Below are positions 1 through 10,925 of a DNA stretch of 64,000 nt, in pieces. The notes beneath the pieces were generated by a model. That model saw only the letters and a program-made list of their open reading frames with translations, was not told where the DNA came from and ran no database searches. How positions within the stretch are numbered: the stretch's first letter is position 1; every line of letters begins with the position of its first letter. A program made the translations under genes and the position numbers. The stretch lies in the NCBI GenBank assembly GCA_903813345.2, contig CAIIXF020000001.1, positions 31,248,001 through 31,312,000 on the forward strand, in the 5' to 3' direction. The stretch comes from Owenia fusiformis. Lineage: Eukaryota.

Positions 1-84
1 TAATTTGGAACCAACAGTTCCCTTTCAAAATCATCAATGTCAAGATATAGGGGCAGAAAATTCGATATTGGTCTTATGGTATTT

Positions 85-495
85 GCAGGCATGTCATGTC
101 AACCTGGGAACATCTAAAATGAGTGACTTACAAATGTTGAACACCTTCCTTCAAATTGTGAACACCTTGGTTCAAATTTTGAACATATTGGTTCAAATTT
201 TATTGCATTTATCCAAATTTTGGACACCTCAATTTTTCGCACTCACTTCGCTCGCTTTCACGAACTCTGTCAACGGGGGCTGGGGGGAAAAGAAAATTCG
301 AAGCAAATGCTTTCGTTTTTTTTTGCCGTTCCTTTTTCAGCATTCATTTTTTGATGTTCTTTTCCTGAAATATTTTTGCTTGCCAAAGAAAAATGTGTAT
401 ATGCATGACATATTCTGTCATGCAAAACAATGGGTGTGACTTTGATTTCTTCAGCAAATGCGTGACAAATATGCAAGTTGCGGGACAGTTTGAGG
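85..495 (-). mobile_element. Degenerate copy of the CAGGCCTGTCAAC MITE family
   Basis: Reverse-complement similarity to 2009-2916. It lacks the nested insert present in that copy. Confidence 0.7.
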
Positions 496-667
496 ATTCC
501 CTCTAAGTAGCACAATAAATGAATCCAAAGCTTCATACCTGCAAACGATGGATAAATTCCTACAAAATCGAACGAATGTTTTCATGGATCGCCATGTTTG
601 TGATCCAAGAAGGATTGACTCCAAGAATGCAACATCAGTTAAACATCAGTAACCTTATTTACTTGTA

Positions 668-1993
668 ACAGGTTTCAAAATGGCGGAACAGCATTTTGAA
701 AGCTGGCACGTGTCATGTTGCATTCTGGGAGCCAATCTTCCTTGCGGCGTAATCGAGCTCCAAAATCATCTCATTATTGGAAGAGTCGACATTAACATGT
801 GAATATCACTTCAAATTTTTAAGTTCCTATTTGTCATTTATAGACACAAATTCCACTGTATTTGTACGTTCCGGGACAGAGAAAATAGAGCACTCGATTC
901 ATTGAGGTAAGAATCTATGACATATGTGACAGAATGTCTTTTCATAGTGTTAGTGTCGTACTTACAAAATAATCCACCGCCTAACTTATGCACCATCGAA
1001 CTCGGTAATATTGTACACGTAACTATTAATAATGGTTTATTCCCATAGAAAACTGGGCTTGCTTTTCAACATTTCAAGCGAAAATTCTCTACGGAGCTTT
1101 TGTTTTTCTGACGTAATTTCTTCTAAGAAATCGGTCACGTGACATGGTTCAGTTCATCTTATTTCGAAATGGGTGTCATCTATTTAGAATATTTATTTTC
1201 ATCTTGTCTTACTCACTTCGAGAGACATGTTAGATTTTGAAACTTATGGCTCTCCAACGGAAAAATGGAAAGCTGAATAATAGTGACCTTTGAAACATGA
1301 ATTAAGTTGATCCGCGGCTTACTTTTGTTCTCCAACTATGTCATACATCATTATCATCCTTCCGTGCAAGTATTGGAGCGCTGAAGTACTTCTTTTCCAT
1401 CAAGACTTGTAATTGTTAGTCGAGTGAATGTTTATTTCTGCCAAATTCCAATATAGCGTTTTCTGCTCAGACATTTTCGTAAATCTCTGGAGGTTGTCCG
1501 AACCTAACTCATTCTCAAAATTCATTTCGTTCATTGCGCATCTCGCTCCAAACCGCCATATTGGAAATGGGTCGAAAAAACATTCACTCGATGAACAATT
1601 TACAAGTCTTGATCGAAAAACAAGTATTTCAGCGCTCTTATACTTGCACGGATTGATGATACTGATGTAAGACACAGTTAGAGACCAAAAGTAAGCCGCG
1701 GATCTCATTATGACAGGTTTCAAAATGGCGGAACAGCATTTTGAAAGCTGGCACGTGTCATGTTGCATTCTGGGAGCCAATCCTCCTTGCGACGTAATCG
1801 GGCTCCAAAATCACCTCAACATTTGAAGAGTCGGCATTAACATGTGAATACTGAAATTTTTAAGTTCCTATTTGTCATTATGGACACAAATTCCACTAGA
1901 TCTATATTTGTACGTCCCGGGACAGAGAAAATAGAGCACTCAATTCACTGAGGTAAGAATTTATGACATATGTGACAGAATGTCTTTTTCATA
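668..1993 (+). repeat. Pair of ~280-bp direct repeats (668-945 and 1713-1993), each containing a hAT-type terminal sequence
   Basis: Near-identical blocks starting acaggtttcaaaatggcggaacagc. Both carry tctgggagccaatc(c/t)tccttg, which is the right terminus of the element at 58277-59641. Confidence 0.85.
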
Positions 1994-2008
1994 CTCTAGT
2001 GTTAGATT

Positions 2009-2916
2009 CAGGCCTGTCAACTGCCCCGCAATTTGCGTATTTGTCACGCATTTGCTGAAGAATTTGAAGTCACGCCAGTTTTTTTTGCGTGACAGAAAAT
2101 GTCACGCAAATACGCATTTTACCTGGTAATTGTCACGCAAAAATATTTCTGTAGAAAATTTTTCAAAATATGTTGACGATACGGTAAAAATACGGACGTC
2201 GGAAAAAACCGAACGCAATTTGTTCGGATTTGTCACGCGAATCCCGTATGTGTGACGCATGTTAATTGGAAATTTTCGTACCTACCCCCCCCCCCCCCCC
2301 CCCGTTGACGATATCGCGAGCGTAGCGAGTGCGAAAAATTGAGGTGTCCAAAATTTGATTAAGGTCAGGGTGCATGATGGGAAATTTTCTGCATTCCTCA
2401 ATTGAGTCACATGTTATTTTTCAAACAAGAATAACTCCTTCCCCACATTGTCTATATCTTCCAGTTTTGCACAAAGAGTGCACTTATGTGCTTAGAAAAG
2501 ACTTGTGGGAAGAATGTTTTGATAAAGTGTATAAAAAACAAGAAAAATCAGTAAAAAAAATCAGAAAAATTTCAGAAATTTTTTTCACTGAATTTTCTCA
2601 TTTTTTATACATTTTACAAAACAAACCTTCCCACACGGCTTTTCTAGGCACATAAGTGCACTCTTTGTGCAAACTTGGAAGATGTAGACAATGTGGGGAA
2701 GGAGTTATTCTTGTTTGAAAAATAACATGTGACTCAATTGAGGAATGCAGAAAATTTTCCAACATGCACCCTGTCCTAAATGCAATAAAATTGAAAACAA
2801 GGTGCTCAAATTGTGGCCAAGATGTTCAGATTTGGACCAAGGTGTCCAAAATTTGAACAAAGGTGTTCAACATTTGCAAGTCACTCATGTTAGGTGTCCC
2901 CAAGTTGACAGGCCTG
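2009..2916 (+). mobile_element. Non-autonomous DNA transposon (hAT-like termini), apparent 6-bp TSD
   Basis: TIR CAGGCCTGTCAACT...AGTTGACAGGCCTG, flanked by tagatt on both sides. Confidence 0.85.
2363..2776. mobile_element. Fold-back MITE at a TTAA site (Kolobok-like), nested in the preceding element
   Basis: Almost fully palindromic: ttaa|GGTCAGGGTGCATG...CATGCACCCTGTCC|taaa. A half copy at ~38970-39122 ends CATCCTGGCC|ttaa. Confidence 0.85.
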
Positions 2917-3046
2917 TAGATTATTTATGTTCACCACCTGCCACTGTACAAAAATAATGAGAATGGTCTGTCAATGTCGTCCAGTGTTTGAACGTGAAGA
3001 GCGTTATCATACGAAACGATGAACTTGTAAAATCACTGCAATATAC

Positions 3047-3102
3047 CTGTCTGATCCTTTGATCGCCGTCTGGGAGCGTACTTTGAACGGTTTATGGAAC
3101 AT
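3047..3102 (-). CDS. EIF2D: Eukaryotic translation initiation factor 2D (ligatin), first coding exon; the rest of the gene probably lies left of the window
   Basis: The minus strand reads ATG TTC CAT AAA...GAC AG|gtatat = MFHKPFKVRSQTAIKGSDR. This closely matches the eIF2D N-terminus as I recall it (MFAKAFRVKSNTAIKGSDR). There is an AAAA context before the ATG and a GT donor at 3046. The exon is too short for the ORF track. Confidence 0.88.
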
Positions 3103-3298
3103 TTTTGTGAAAATATGAGTTCTTAGTTTTCTGCAAATTTCACAACAGGAAGTAAAATTATAGCGCCCTCTGTATCATGAATCATCGCCCAGTAAATTTT
3201 TTCTACAAAAACGATACCTCCTAAATTTTCCAGACTATCTCTTATCACGCTGTCACAATGCATTAAATCTTAATTAGAGCAGGGCTACAATATACGAG
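3103..3298. promoter_or_regulatory. Probable bidirectional promoter region between EIF2D and the WD40-SOCS gene
   Basis: It lies directly upstream of the EIF2D ATG and contains an ETS-type CAGGAAGT at 3146-3153. A possible plus-strand donor gag|gtactt at 3298 could end a non-coding first exon. Confidence 0.5.
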
Positions 3299-3575
3299 GT
3301 ACTTATTTTTGTTATGTTTAAATTCTATTCCTGAGAGCTAGAGGAACAAATTGAATTAGGAAAAGTAAATATCCATTTCATTTTGTTTCAATTTTTCTCC
3401 CATTTCTGGTAAAACTGCCCTAATTCACGTCACCATACTTGTCAATGGCCAAAAGGGCAAACGCCTGACTTTTTATCTCGAATTATGGATTTATGTGGCC
3501 TCACTGGCCTATCTGAGGTTCTAAAGCTATGTCTAAGCTGTAAGTTGTCACTAAACTCAATAGGGGCCAAACATC

Positions 3576-4406
3576 TACTACTTTTTTCAAGGCCTGACTG
3601 CGTCGCTAACATGCTAAATATAAGAGTTAGCTGACGTTTGGGAGTCTGACTTACCTTCTAAAGGTTAGAACCCGAATCTTAATGAAACCATATCACCTTT
3701 GTTCCGTCAACCATGGAGCATTTGCCACAACATCCAAGAGGTAAATCATGTATCGAGAAAATGAATGATTTCCTTGTAAGTTCCGGAAGTTTCAATACGA
3801 AAAATTACCGAACATATGTGAAAACCGAATATTTGTTCGTTGTTTTCACGATTTACAGGTTCGTTTGTTCTTCAATGTTTTGGTCTAAATTATAAAGCAT
3901 CACCAACAGGTCTTACTCTATTAATCGACTAATACAGCAGACGGCTCATATTTCTACGTAGCATTTCATTCAGACCAATAGTGGGAGTGTAGATCACGCA
4001 GTTTCGTTCGTTGCGTACTTCACTTGAAATTGGTAATTTTAAATATTGAATACTTCACTTAGCTTGGCGGATGTAGAACATTGCTTAATATTCTTTTAAT
4101 TTTCACACCAGACATGCTTGGTTGACACGTCAACAAAGTAAAGTTCAAGGGTCAATGCGTTATTTCGTGATAACTACAACGCCTTCCCGCAAGTCAACAT
4201 TGATGAAAAATGAAAAAGTCGGAAAAGCATTTACGCTAATTTCTATCAAATGCTATGTTTATGCATCATCATCGACGCAACAAAGGTGATATGGTTTCAT
4301 TAAGATTCGGGTTCTAACCTTTAGAAGGTAAGTCAGACTCCCAAACGTCAGCTAACTCTTATATTTAGCATGTTAGCGACGCAGTCAGGCCTTGAAAAAA
4401 GTAGTA
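3576..4406. mobile_element. Young MITE with ~128-bp perfect terminal inverted repeats and TA ends
   Basis: 3576-3703 is the reverse complement of 4279-4406, with no mismatch seen. Confidence 0.9.
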
Positions 4407-4959
4407 CATGTAGTTTTTGAAATAATTGGTCAATTGTGGAGTCCTATATTCTTGTAAGAAATGAATTACAATGTCAAGTGACATTTGAAGATGTTTTGAA
4501 TGCATTGATTTGCTTTCTATTGATACATGTTTCTAACTTTATGCTGCAAAAAGATAAAATTGACGACGCTCACTTTCTTATATTTTTCCAGGGGTAGGGC
4601 ACTATAAAGTGTTATTTAAAATATGAAATAGTACTTTATGATCAATTATAGTCATTATAATAGTTGCATTAAAATATCACAAATAGCAACGCGATGACTT
4701 TAGATTACTTGTTTGAGCTGTAAAAGCTGTCATCTTTTGCTTGAAGCTACAAATATAAAATAGATGAGACTAAAAAAAGTGTGTCGCGGATCAAAATTAA
4801 TACAAAAAGTTTGATATCTCTGGATTCAGTTGTCATAAAATGTTGTATAATGGCTCATTACATAAAATACACAAGAAGTCCTTTCTAAAGAGCATTTTTA
4901 AAGCGCATTTTTGAGCACTTTTAAAATGTATGAGTGAGCCAATAAAAAAGATTAAATCA

Positions 4960-5648
4960 TATTTTTTCTATTTTTTCGGGGGGGGGTGTCCAAAGGGGGG
5001 GGGGTGCCCGAGGGGGAGCTGGGGTGAGGATGCCAGTGTTAGTCCTCCAGAAACATTGACTATATCAAAGAGCTGTTTTATGATGTCTGGGCACTTTAAA
5101 AGTGTCTGAGACAATACATAAAATAAATTCAGAACTTTCCAATTGTTTTGTGGGGGTGTGAGGGGTGGCCCGCTCCCCCAAGAAAATTTCACAATTTTAA
5201 GATGCTATTTGGTGCTTTCTGGACACTTTCAAAGTGTATGAGTCAATAAAAAAGAGAGGAATTTTATTTTTTATGGGGGGAGGTGTCCGAGGGGGGAGTA
5301 GGTTGAGGATGCCAGAGGGGGAGCAAGTGTTAGTCCCCCAGATACATTGACTATATCAATGAGTTATTTGATGATGTATGGGCACTTTAAAAGTGTCTGA
5401 GACAATACATAAAATAAATTCAGAACTTTTCAATTGTTTTGTGGGGTGTGGGGGGGTGGCCCAGTCTACATAGAAAATTTTACAATTTTAAGATGCTATT
5501 TGGTGCTTTCTGGGCACTTTCAGAGTGTATGAGTCAACGGAAAAATATTTGAAAAAAAAAAATTTTCAAAACAAAATTTCCCCAATTTATTTTTTTTTGG
5601 GGGGGGGGTGTCATCTCACCCCCCCCCCCCCCCCATCTGACGGCCATG
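4960..5648 (+). repeat. Two-and-a-part ~300-bp direct repeats with G-runs, probably a transposon interior
   Basis: The block cattgactatatcaa...gtgtctgagacaatacataaaataaattcagaac occurs at ~5054 and ~5345. Confidence 0.75.
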
Positions 5649-6881
5649 CAGACTGACTTCTATAGTCAGTCTGTTGGATACATACTAGCACGTGTGTGCT
5701 CATGCACAAAAATAAAATGATTTCATTCAAAGATCGCATCTAAATCTAAATGCATGTGAAAATAAAGTTTAAAGTGACTAATTTGTGTGCGTGCGTGCTC
5801 AAAATAAAGCGTATCAAAACTTCCAGAATTCATTTTCATTTAGACTGAAGGAGTGATTTGGGTACATTCCAACATCAAATTCATAACATATCCACATTTA
5901 TCTTCATGTAAATGTTTGAACTATTATTTTTATGTAGACAGGGCTTGTGTCTGAAAGGAGCAACCCTGGATTATATTCGTCTTATATTTTTTGAAATTTG
6001 GTTGAAAATATTCAGACTGAGCGACTGATACCCCGTGCACTTGGAAAATCCCCATCACGATTTTATCAATACTTGTTCAATGAGTTAATACAGGGTGACA
6101 CAAAAAAGTGTCACCCACATCATGTTAAATAACTTTTTCGTCCATATGATTCCTGGTTTTCTTTTTTGCAAAGTAGAACTAAACTTCATTTAGCAACTTC
6201 ACAAGAAGTTTCAGATGACTAGTTCAACTCGATACACTTTCATGAGTGTTATAAGTTTTTCTCTAAATGTCAGGCACACCTGGATTCTATGGGAAAAGTT
6301 ATTGACAAACCCTAACACATTCCCCCACATATATATATCTCAAAAGTAAATTTTAAAGACATGACAAATTGTAAATGAATGATAAAAACATATTTTCAAA
6401 CTTCACAAGTAGTGCACATTGTACATATATTTGCAGAAGTACAATTTAATCAAGATTGCTATAATTGTTAGGGGTCATATATCATTGGAAAGTTAAGAGT
6501 TATGCAATTGATGTTTGTACCTTCTCTTGGCTATTAGGCCAAAGTATTGGAAAATATAATATAAATATTATTCTTTTAGATTTGAATGAATAGAGCTTTA
6601 TTGATTTTCATCTTATGAAACCTATTGACCTAAAGCCTGTAAAGGCACATAGAGTTCACTGCTTTCAAGAGGCTTATTACAAGAAGATGTTAGAAAAATA
6701 CTTTCTAATAGTTCCATGAAAGAAAGCAGGAAAAACATACATGATAGCACGCATCAATATTAGTATATAGATACATGTAGTAGTGGTCTTAGTTGTGTAT
6801 ACATAGCTGGTTTAGTAGAGGTCATTTAATAACAATTAATCAAACAACATCATAACATCGCTTTGAAATTGCAGGTAAAAG

Positions 6882-8982
6882 ATGGGAGTGAATGCCTCTC
6901 TGCTAATGCAAGATCTCAGAAAATACAATGGCAAACGCTGCATGCCGAGTAAGAAGCTAGTGACATTCCCGGAAAGTCGGCTGAAGACAGCTGGCAGCAT
7001 TGTTACATGCTTCTCTGCTATGCCTTATGTTTCTGGTAAGTCGCTATTTTAGACCATGTTATAACTCCAATAAAGCGCCACACAGTAAAAGATTCTGACA
7101 AAAATGTTTGCATTAAGCTTATGAGTTCCAGGAAGAACCCGATCTAGGGAGCAACTTCATATTTCCTTATCATGCATTTTTCTCAAAATCATAGATATTT
7201 ATATTATTTATAGCTTATTCCTGAAATGTTTCATTATAATTAAAGTACATAATATTATTGCAATTAGTACAATGTATCCATGACCAATCTGTATATGATA
7301 TTTTCCAGGTATATCAGTTCCAAGTGCTGAAGACAAAAGGTGGATTGTTGACACACATTTCATGCCATATGATGACACACAGTTGATCAGCAGTGTGGGG
7401 GTGTTTAGGTTTAGACAGGGAATGACACCTGTCAACATACAACATATGATCAATGGACTTCTCATACAGTGGAACATCACTGATGATCTCAGTAAGAAAA
7501 TTTATAAAACATACTAACAGAACAACTAGAGTGTTTAAATGGAGTAGAGTGAAATTAACTTTGAACCTGTTTTTGTATAGTGACAGCATGTCAAAATGCA
7601 GGTTAATAAATCAGTCTACTCCTATTTGTTTTTTCCATTTTCTTAAAAGGGTAACATTAAACTTCCCCTATACTATGGAAACAATATAGCTGCTCCAGAC
7701 AAGTCTACTGGATCAAGTCTGGAGTAGTCACAACTTTATGTAACTGAAAAAGTAATTAGTTTTTATGTCTGCCTCGTATAAAGAAACACTACTATTAAGA
7801 AAAACACAGTGGACAACAATTGTTCATGACATCAACTGTATGACCGTAACCATATAATACATACACAGGAAAATCAGGAAGTGTAGAAGATGACAGTAAT
7901 ATAACATTTTGTCTTATTATTTTTCAGAGTTCACTCCTGTACGTGGGACCAGTAGTACATCATATCCCCAGATATCACTCCATCCAAATGGAAAGCATAT
8001 TGGTTACATCAACAGCAACGTAACCATCATAAACCCTAGTTCTAAACATAAACTCCACAGACGCATGGACATCAAACATTTGAATTTCCGGAACATGTCA
8101 ATATCACCAAATGGTTTCTATATTGCAAGCATTGCGAGGTCATCTTATTATTTTGAGTTGGTAGTTTCACTTGTAGATCCCTCTAGTTTGGTCGATAGGG
8201 ATCCCTACAGCACGATGGGATATTTAGGGTCTAGCATGTCAGATATCGCCAGTGTGAACTTACACAGGATCTGCCCAGGCTTCATGGGCACAAGATTATA
8301 TACAGAAAAGGCTGAAGTTGTATGGTCTCCTGATAGCCAATATATAGCTGTCACATCATCCATGGGAATGTTGCTAATTGTAAAAAGATCAGTTAACAAT
8401 GATGTAACAAAAATAATTCCTGGAATTTTGGATTACAATTGCCAAAAGCTTGCAAATGAAAGGACAGGTGATTTTGATCCACGTTTCGGCCATCAGACAT
8501 TTACATTTGCACTTAGGGATGACACTATCTGTACATATGATCTAGACACTGATGATTTTACAGAGGTACTTACAGTTGAATGCATTGAAACACTAGAATC
8601 AGTCACTAACCTGAAATACAATGTTGCAGGGACTGTTTTAGCCATAGGTACGTCGGAGATGTTGATCCACATTCATGACTCGGACACATTCCAGCTTCTC
8701 TACAGCCTTGATGGAAAATCCCAGGGGAGTATGTCGGTTCAGAGACACCCTGACAATAACGAGTATCCTAGTTTGTTGCGTATGTCATTCAGTCATACAG
8801 GAAACCAACTATGTACATCTAACACAGATGGCATTGTGAGAATCTGGCAACTGAAGCCATATATTAATTTACAACATATGTGTAGAACTGCTATACAGAA
8901 ACATGTTAGGGCAGACAGACTAGTGCAACTACCACTGCCACCAAAGTTAATATTTTTTATCTTACAATGGCCATTACCTTAA
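6882..8982 (+). CDS. WD40-repeat and C-terminal SOCS-box protein (WSB-like architecture), ~402 aa; exons 6882-7035 and 7928-8982
   Basis: Acceptor ttgcag at 6874, ATG 6882, phase-1 donor G|gtaagt at 7035 joining in frame to ttttcag|AG at 7928. WD-like motifs: VVWSPDSQYIA, MSFSHTGNQLCTSNTDGIVRIWQL. SOCS box: NLQHMCRTAI...LPLPPKLIFFI. Confidence 0.85.
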
Positions 8983-9051
8983 GTTATGCTGCTAACCATG
9001 ACAATAGTCACACTATATTGGATTTTCAAGGAATTTTTGAAGAAATTTTAG

Positions 9052-9738
9052 TTTTTTATGTCCCCACCACATAGTGTGGGGCCATATTGTCGGCCTAGGC
9101 GCGTCCGTCTGTCTGTCTGTCCATCTGTCTGTCCGTCCGTATGTACATCTGTACGTCCGGGAGTTTTCTCCAAAACTGCTACAGATATCACCTTCAAATT
9201 TTCAGGGATAACTTATGAGTGCATACAGATGTGGATGAAAAAAATTTAACTCGATACCTACTTCCTGTTGGCCATTTTGAAGTCAAATTCTAAAATCCTT
9301 GTCTGCAAACTTTAAGAAAAACGGCTTCACAGTTGCTTTTAAAACGTTAACATCTTGTTCAGCTCACTTTATTCTACATCTGATTAGGTTTTGGACCTGT
9401 TAGCTCAGTCATGTCAGCCATTTTGAATGTCTTAAGAAAAGTTAGCGCGATAATACTTTGTATCATATTGAATGGTGTAAATGTCAAGGCAGCCATTTCG
9501 GATTTTCGATGCTAAAATCTTGTCTGTAAAGTCTTGTCTACGCATTTCCAGGTGAACCGTTCTGTAGATCAATTTCAAATTTTCAGGGATGATTCTTAGT
9601 ATGAAAATCTAGATCTGATTAGATTTTTGGCATTCTGGGTAAATGTCAAGGCAGCCATTTTGGATTTTCCATCTTAAAATTTGACGGGATCACCCATTGG
9701 TGGGGACATTTTGTACACATTTGTGTCCTTGTCTTTTA
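9052..9738 (+). mobile_element. Helentron-associated non-autonomous element (HINE/DINE-like) just after the WD40-SOCS stop codon
   Basis: T-rich ends, sub-terminal inverted repeats ATGTCCCCACCA (9058) and TGGTGGGGACAT (9698), a 5' hairpin, a (CTGT/CCGT)n microsatellite, degenerate ~160-bp internal units and a 3' hairpin at 9713-9728. Confidence 0.8.
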
Positions 9739-9818
9739 TTTCCTCCCAATTTACAGTAGTTGTCTGGTTGAAAGTAACAAAACATTGGCTTAAGGTATAA
9801 ACAGAATGTGAATAAGTC

Positions 9819-10104
9819 ACACTACTATACCCCCATACTGTATCCTGTATTCCTTTAAAAGAAATACAGGCTACAGGGAAGTTGCAAATGGAGGACGTTT
9901 GTTTATTTCCATAGTTCTGAATGTTTACTAGATTTTACACATATTCTAAGTGTTCTACTTTACATTGTATAGATTCATCGAGCAGTTTGCAACGTATTAT
10001 TACCAGAAAAGTCCAATGGACAAAGATAGAGAATACCCGCTCCATTTGCAACTTAACCGTACCCTGTATCATTTTTAAATGTGGTCACATGGTAGGGTAG
10101 TGTG
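9819..10104. repeat. Degenerate inverted-repeat element
   Basis: atacagg...gttgcaaatggag at ~9864-9893 versus ctccatttgcaac...cctgtat at ~10040-10069. Confidence 0.6.
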
Positions 10105-10626
10105 TAAGTGTGGTAATTGATTGATAGGTAAAATATTACTAAATCCAAAATGCAAAATGGGTATTACTTATTTATACATGTATGTGATGATGATTTGTTG
10201 TTCTTATGTAAAACGAACCATGTGTATTTTTGTATATATTTATATATCATGAAGATATTATTGTTACTCTAAATATTTTTTGATGTTTGTTATTTTTACC
10301 CAATGGTAATATTGGACATCTGCTTCTCAATACTATTTCTAAGATATTAGAATTTAAACAATGCAATGCAAATTCATGACAATACAGGGGTACTGTTAGT
10401 ATTTTTCCTTGTACAGGGTGACGTCAAAAATGCAACCCTCTAATTTCGGAATAACTAAATTTTGATGGTCACCCTTTATTTGTATAGTGTGTGCTATTTT
10501 AAGTGTGTGTAGTTAGTTGGTAGTATCTACTTAGTCATAGTTAATGTATTAACCCAATGAATGAAGTACAAAGGGGATGTAAAGAAGCCCTTCAGTCCAT
10601 CTGTTCGTCTGTCTGCCACGTCAACA

Positions 10627-10925
10627 ATTTTTTCAAAATGTTGAACTTATTTGCTCAAAAGAGGATCTTCTTTTTCTGATTTTTATTGCATGAAAAAATT
10701 ATTCAACAAGGGTTATAAAACATCTTTAAAAGTAGAATGGTATTGAAAGTCTAGTTTTGAAGATATCAATTTCCGATGATGTGGTTTTTAACTTTATCGC
10801 ATTTCAATACACATCCCCTTTTCAGAAGTTATTAATATAGTGTAGAAGAAACTTTTGATATATTTAAATTGAAAAAAAAACAAGATCCTCTTTTGAGAAA
10901 ATAAGCCTTACATTTTTTTAAAAGT
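10627..10925. repeat. Degenerate inverted-repeat element
   Basis: cttatttgctcaaaagaggatctt versus aagatcctcttttgagaaaataag. Confidence 0.6.

Noticed and set aside
1..84. Possible EIF2D exon 2 on the minus strand (...ELLVPN)
   Set aside because: The resemblance is only a few residues, the expected RKLRA-like start is absent, and there is no convincing acceptor.
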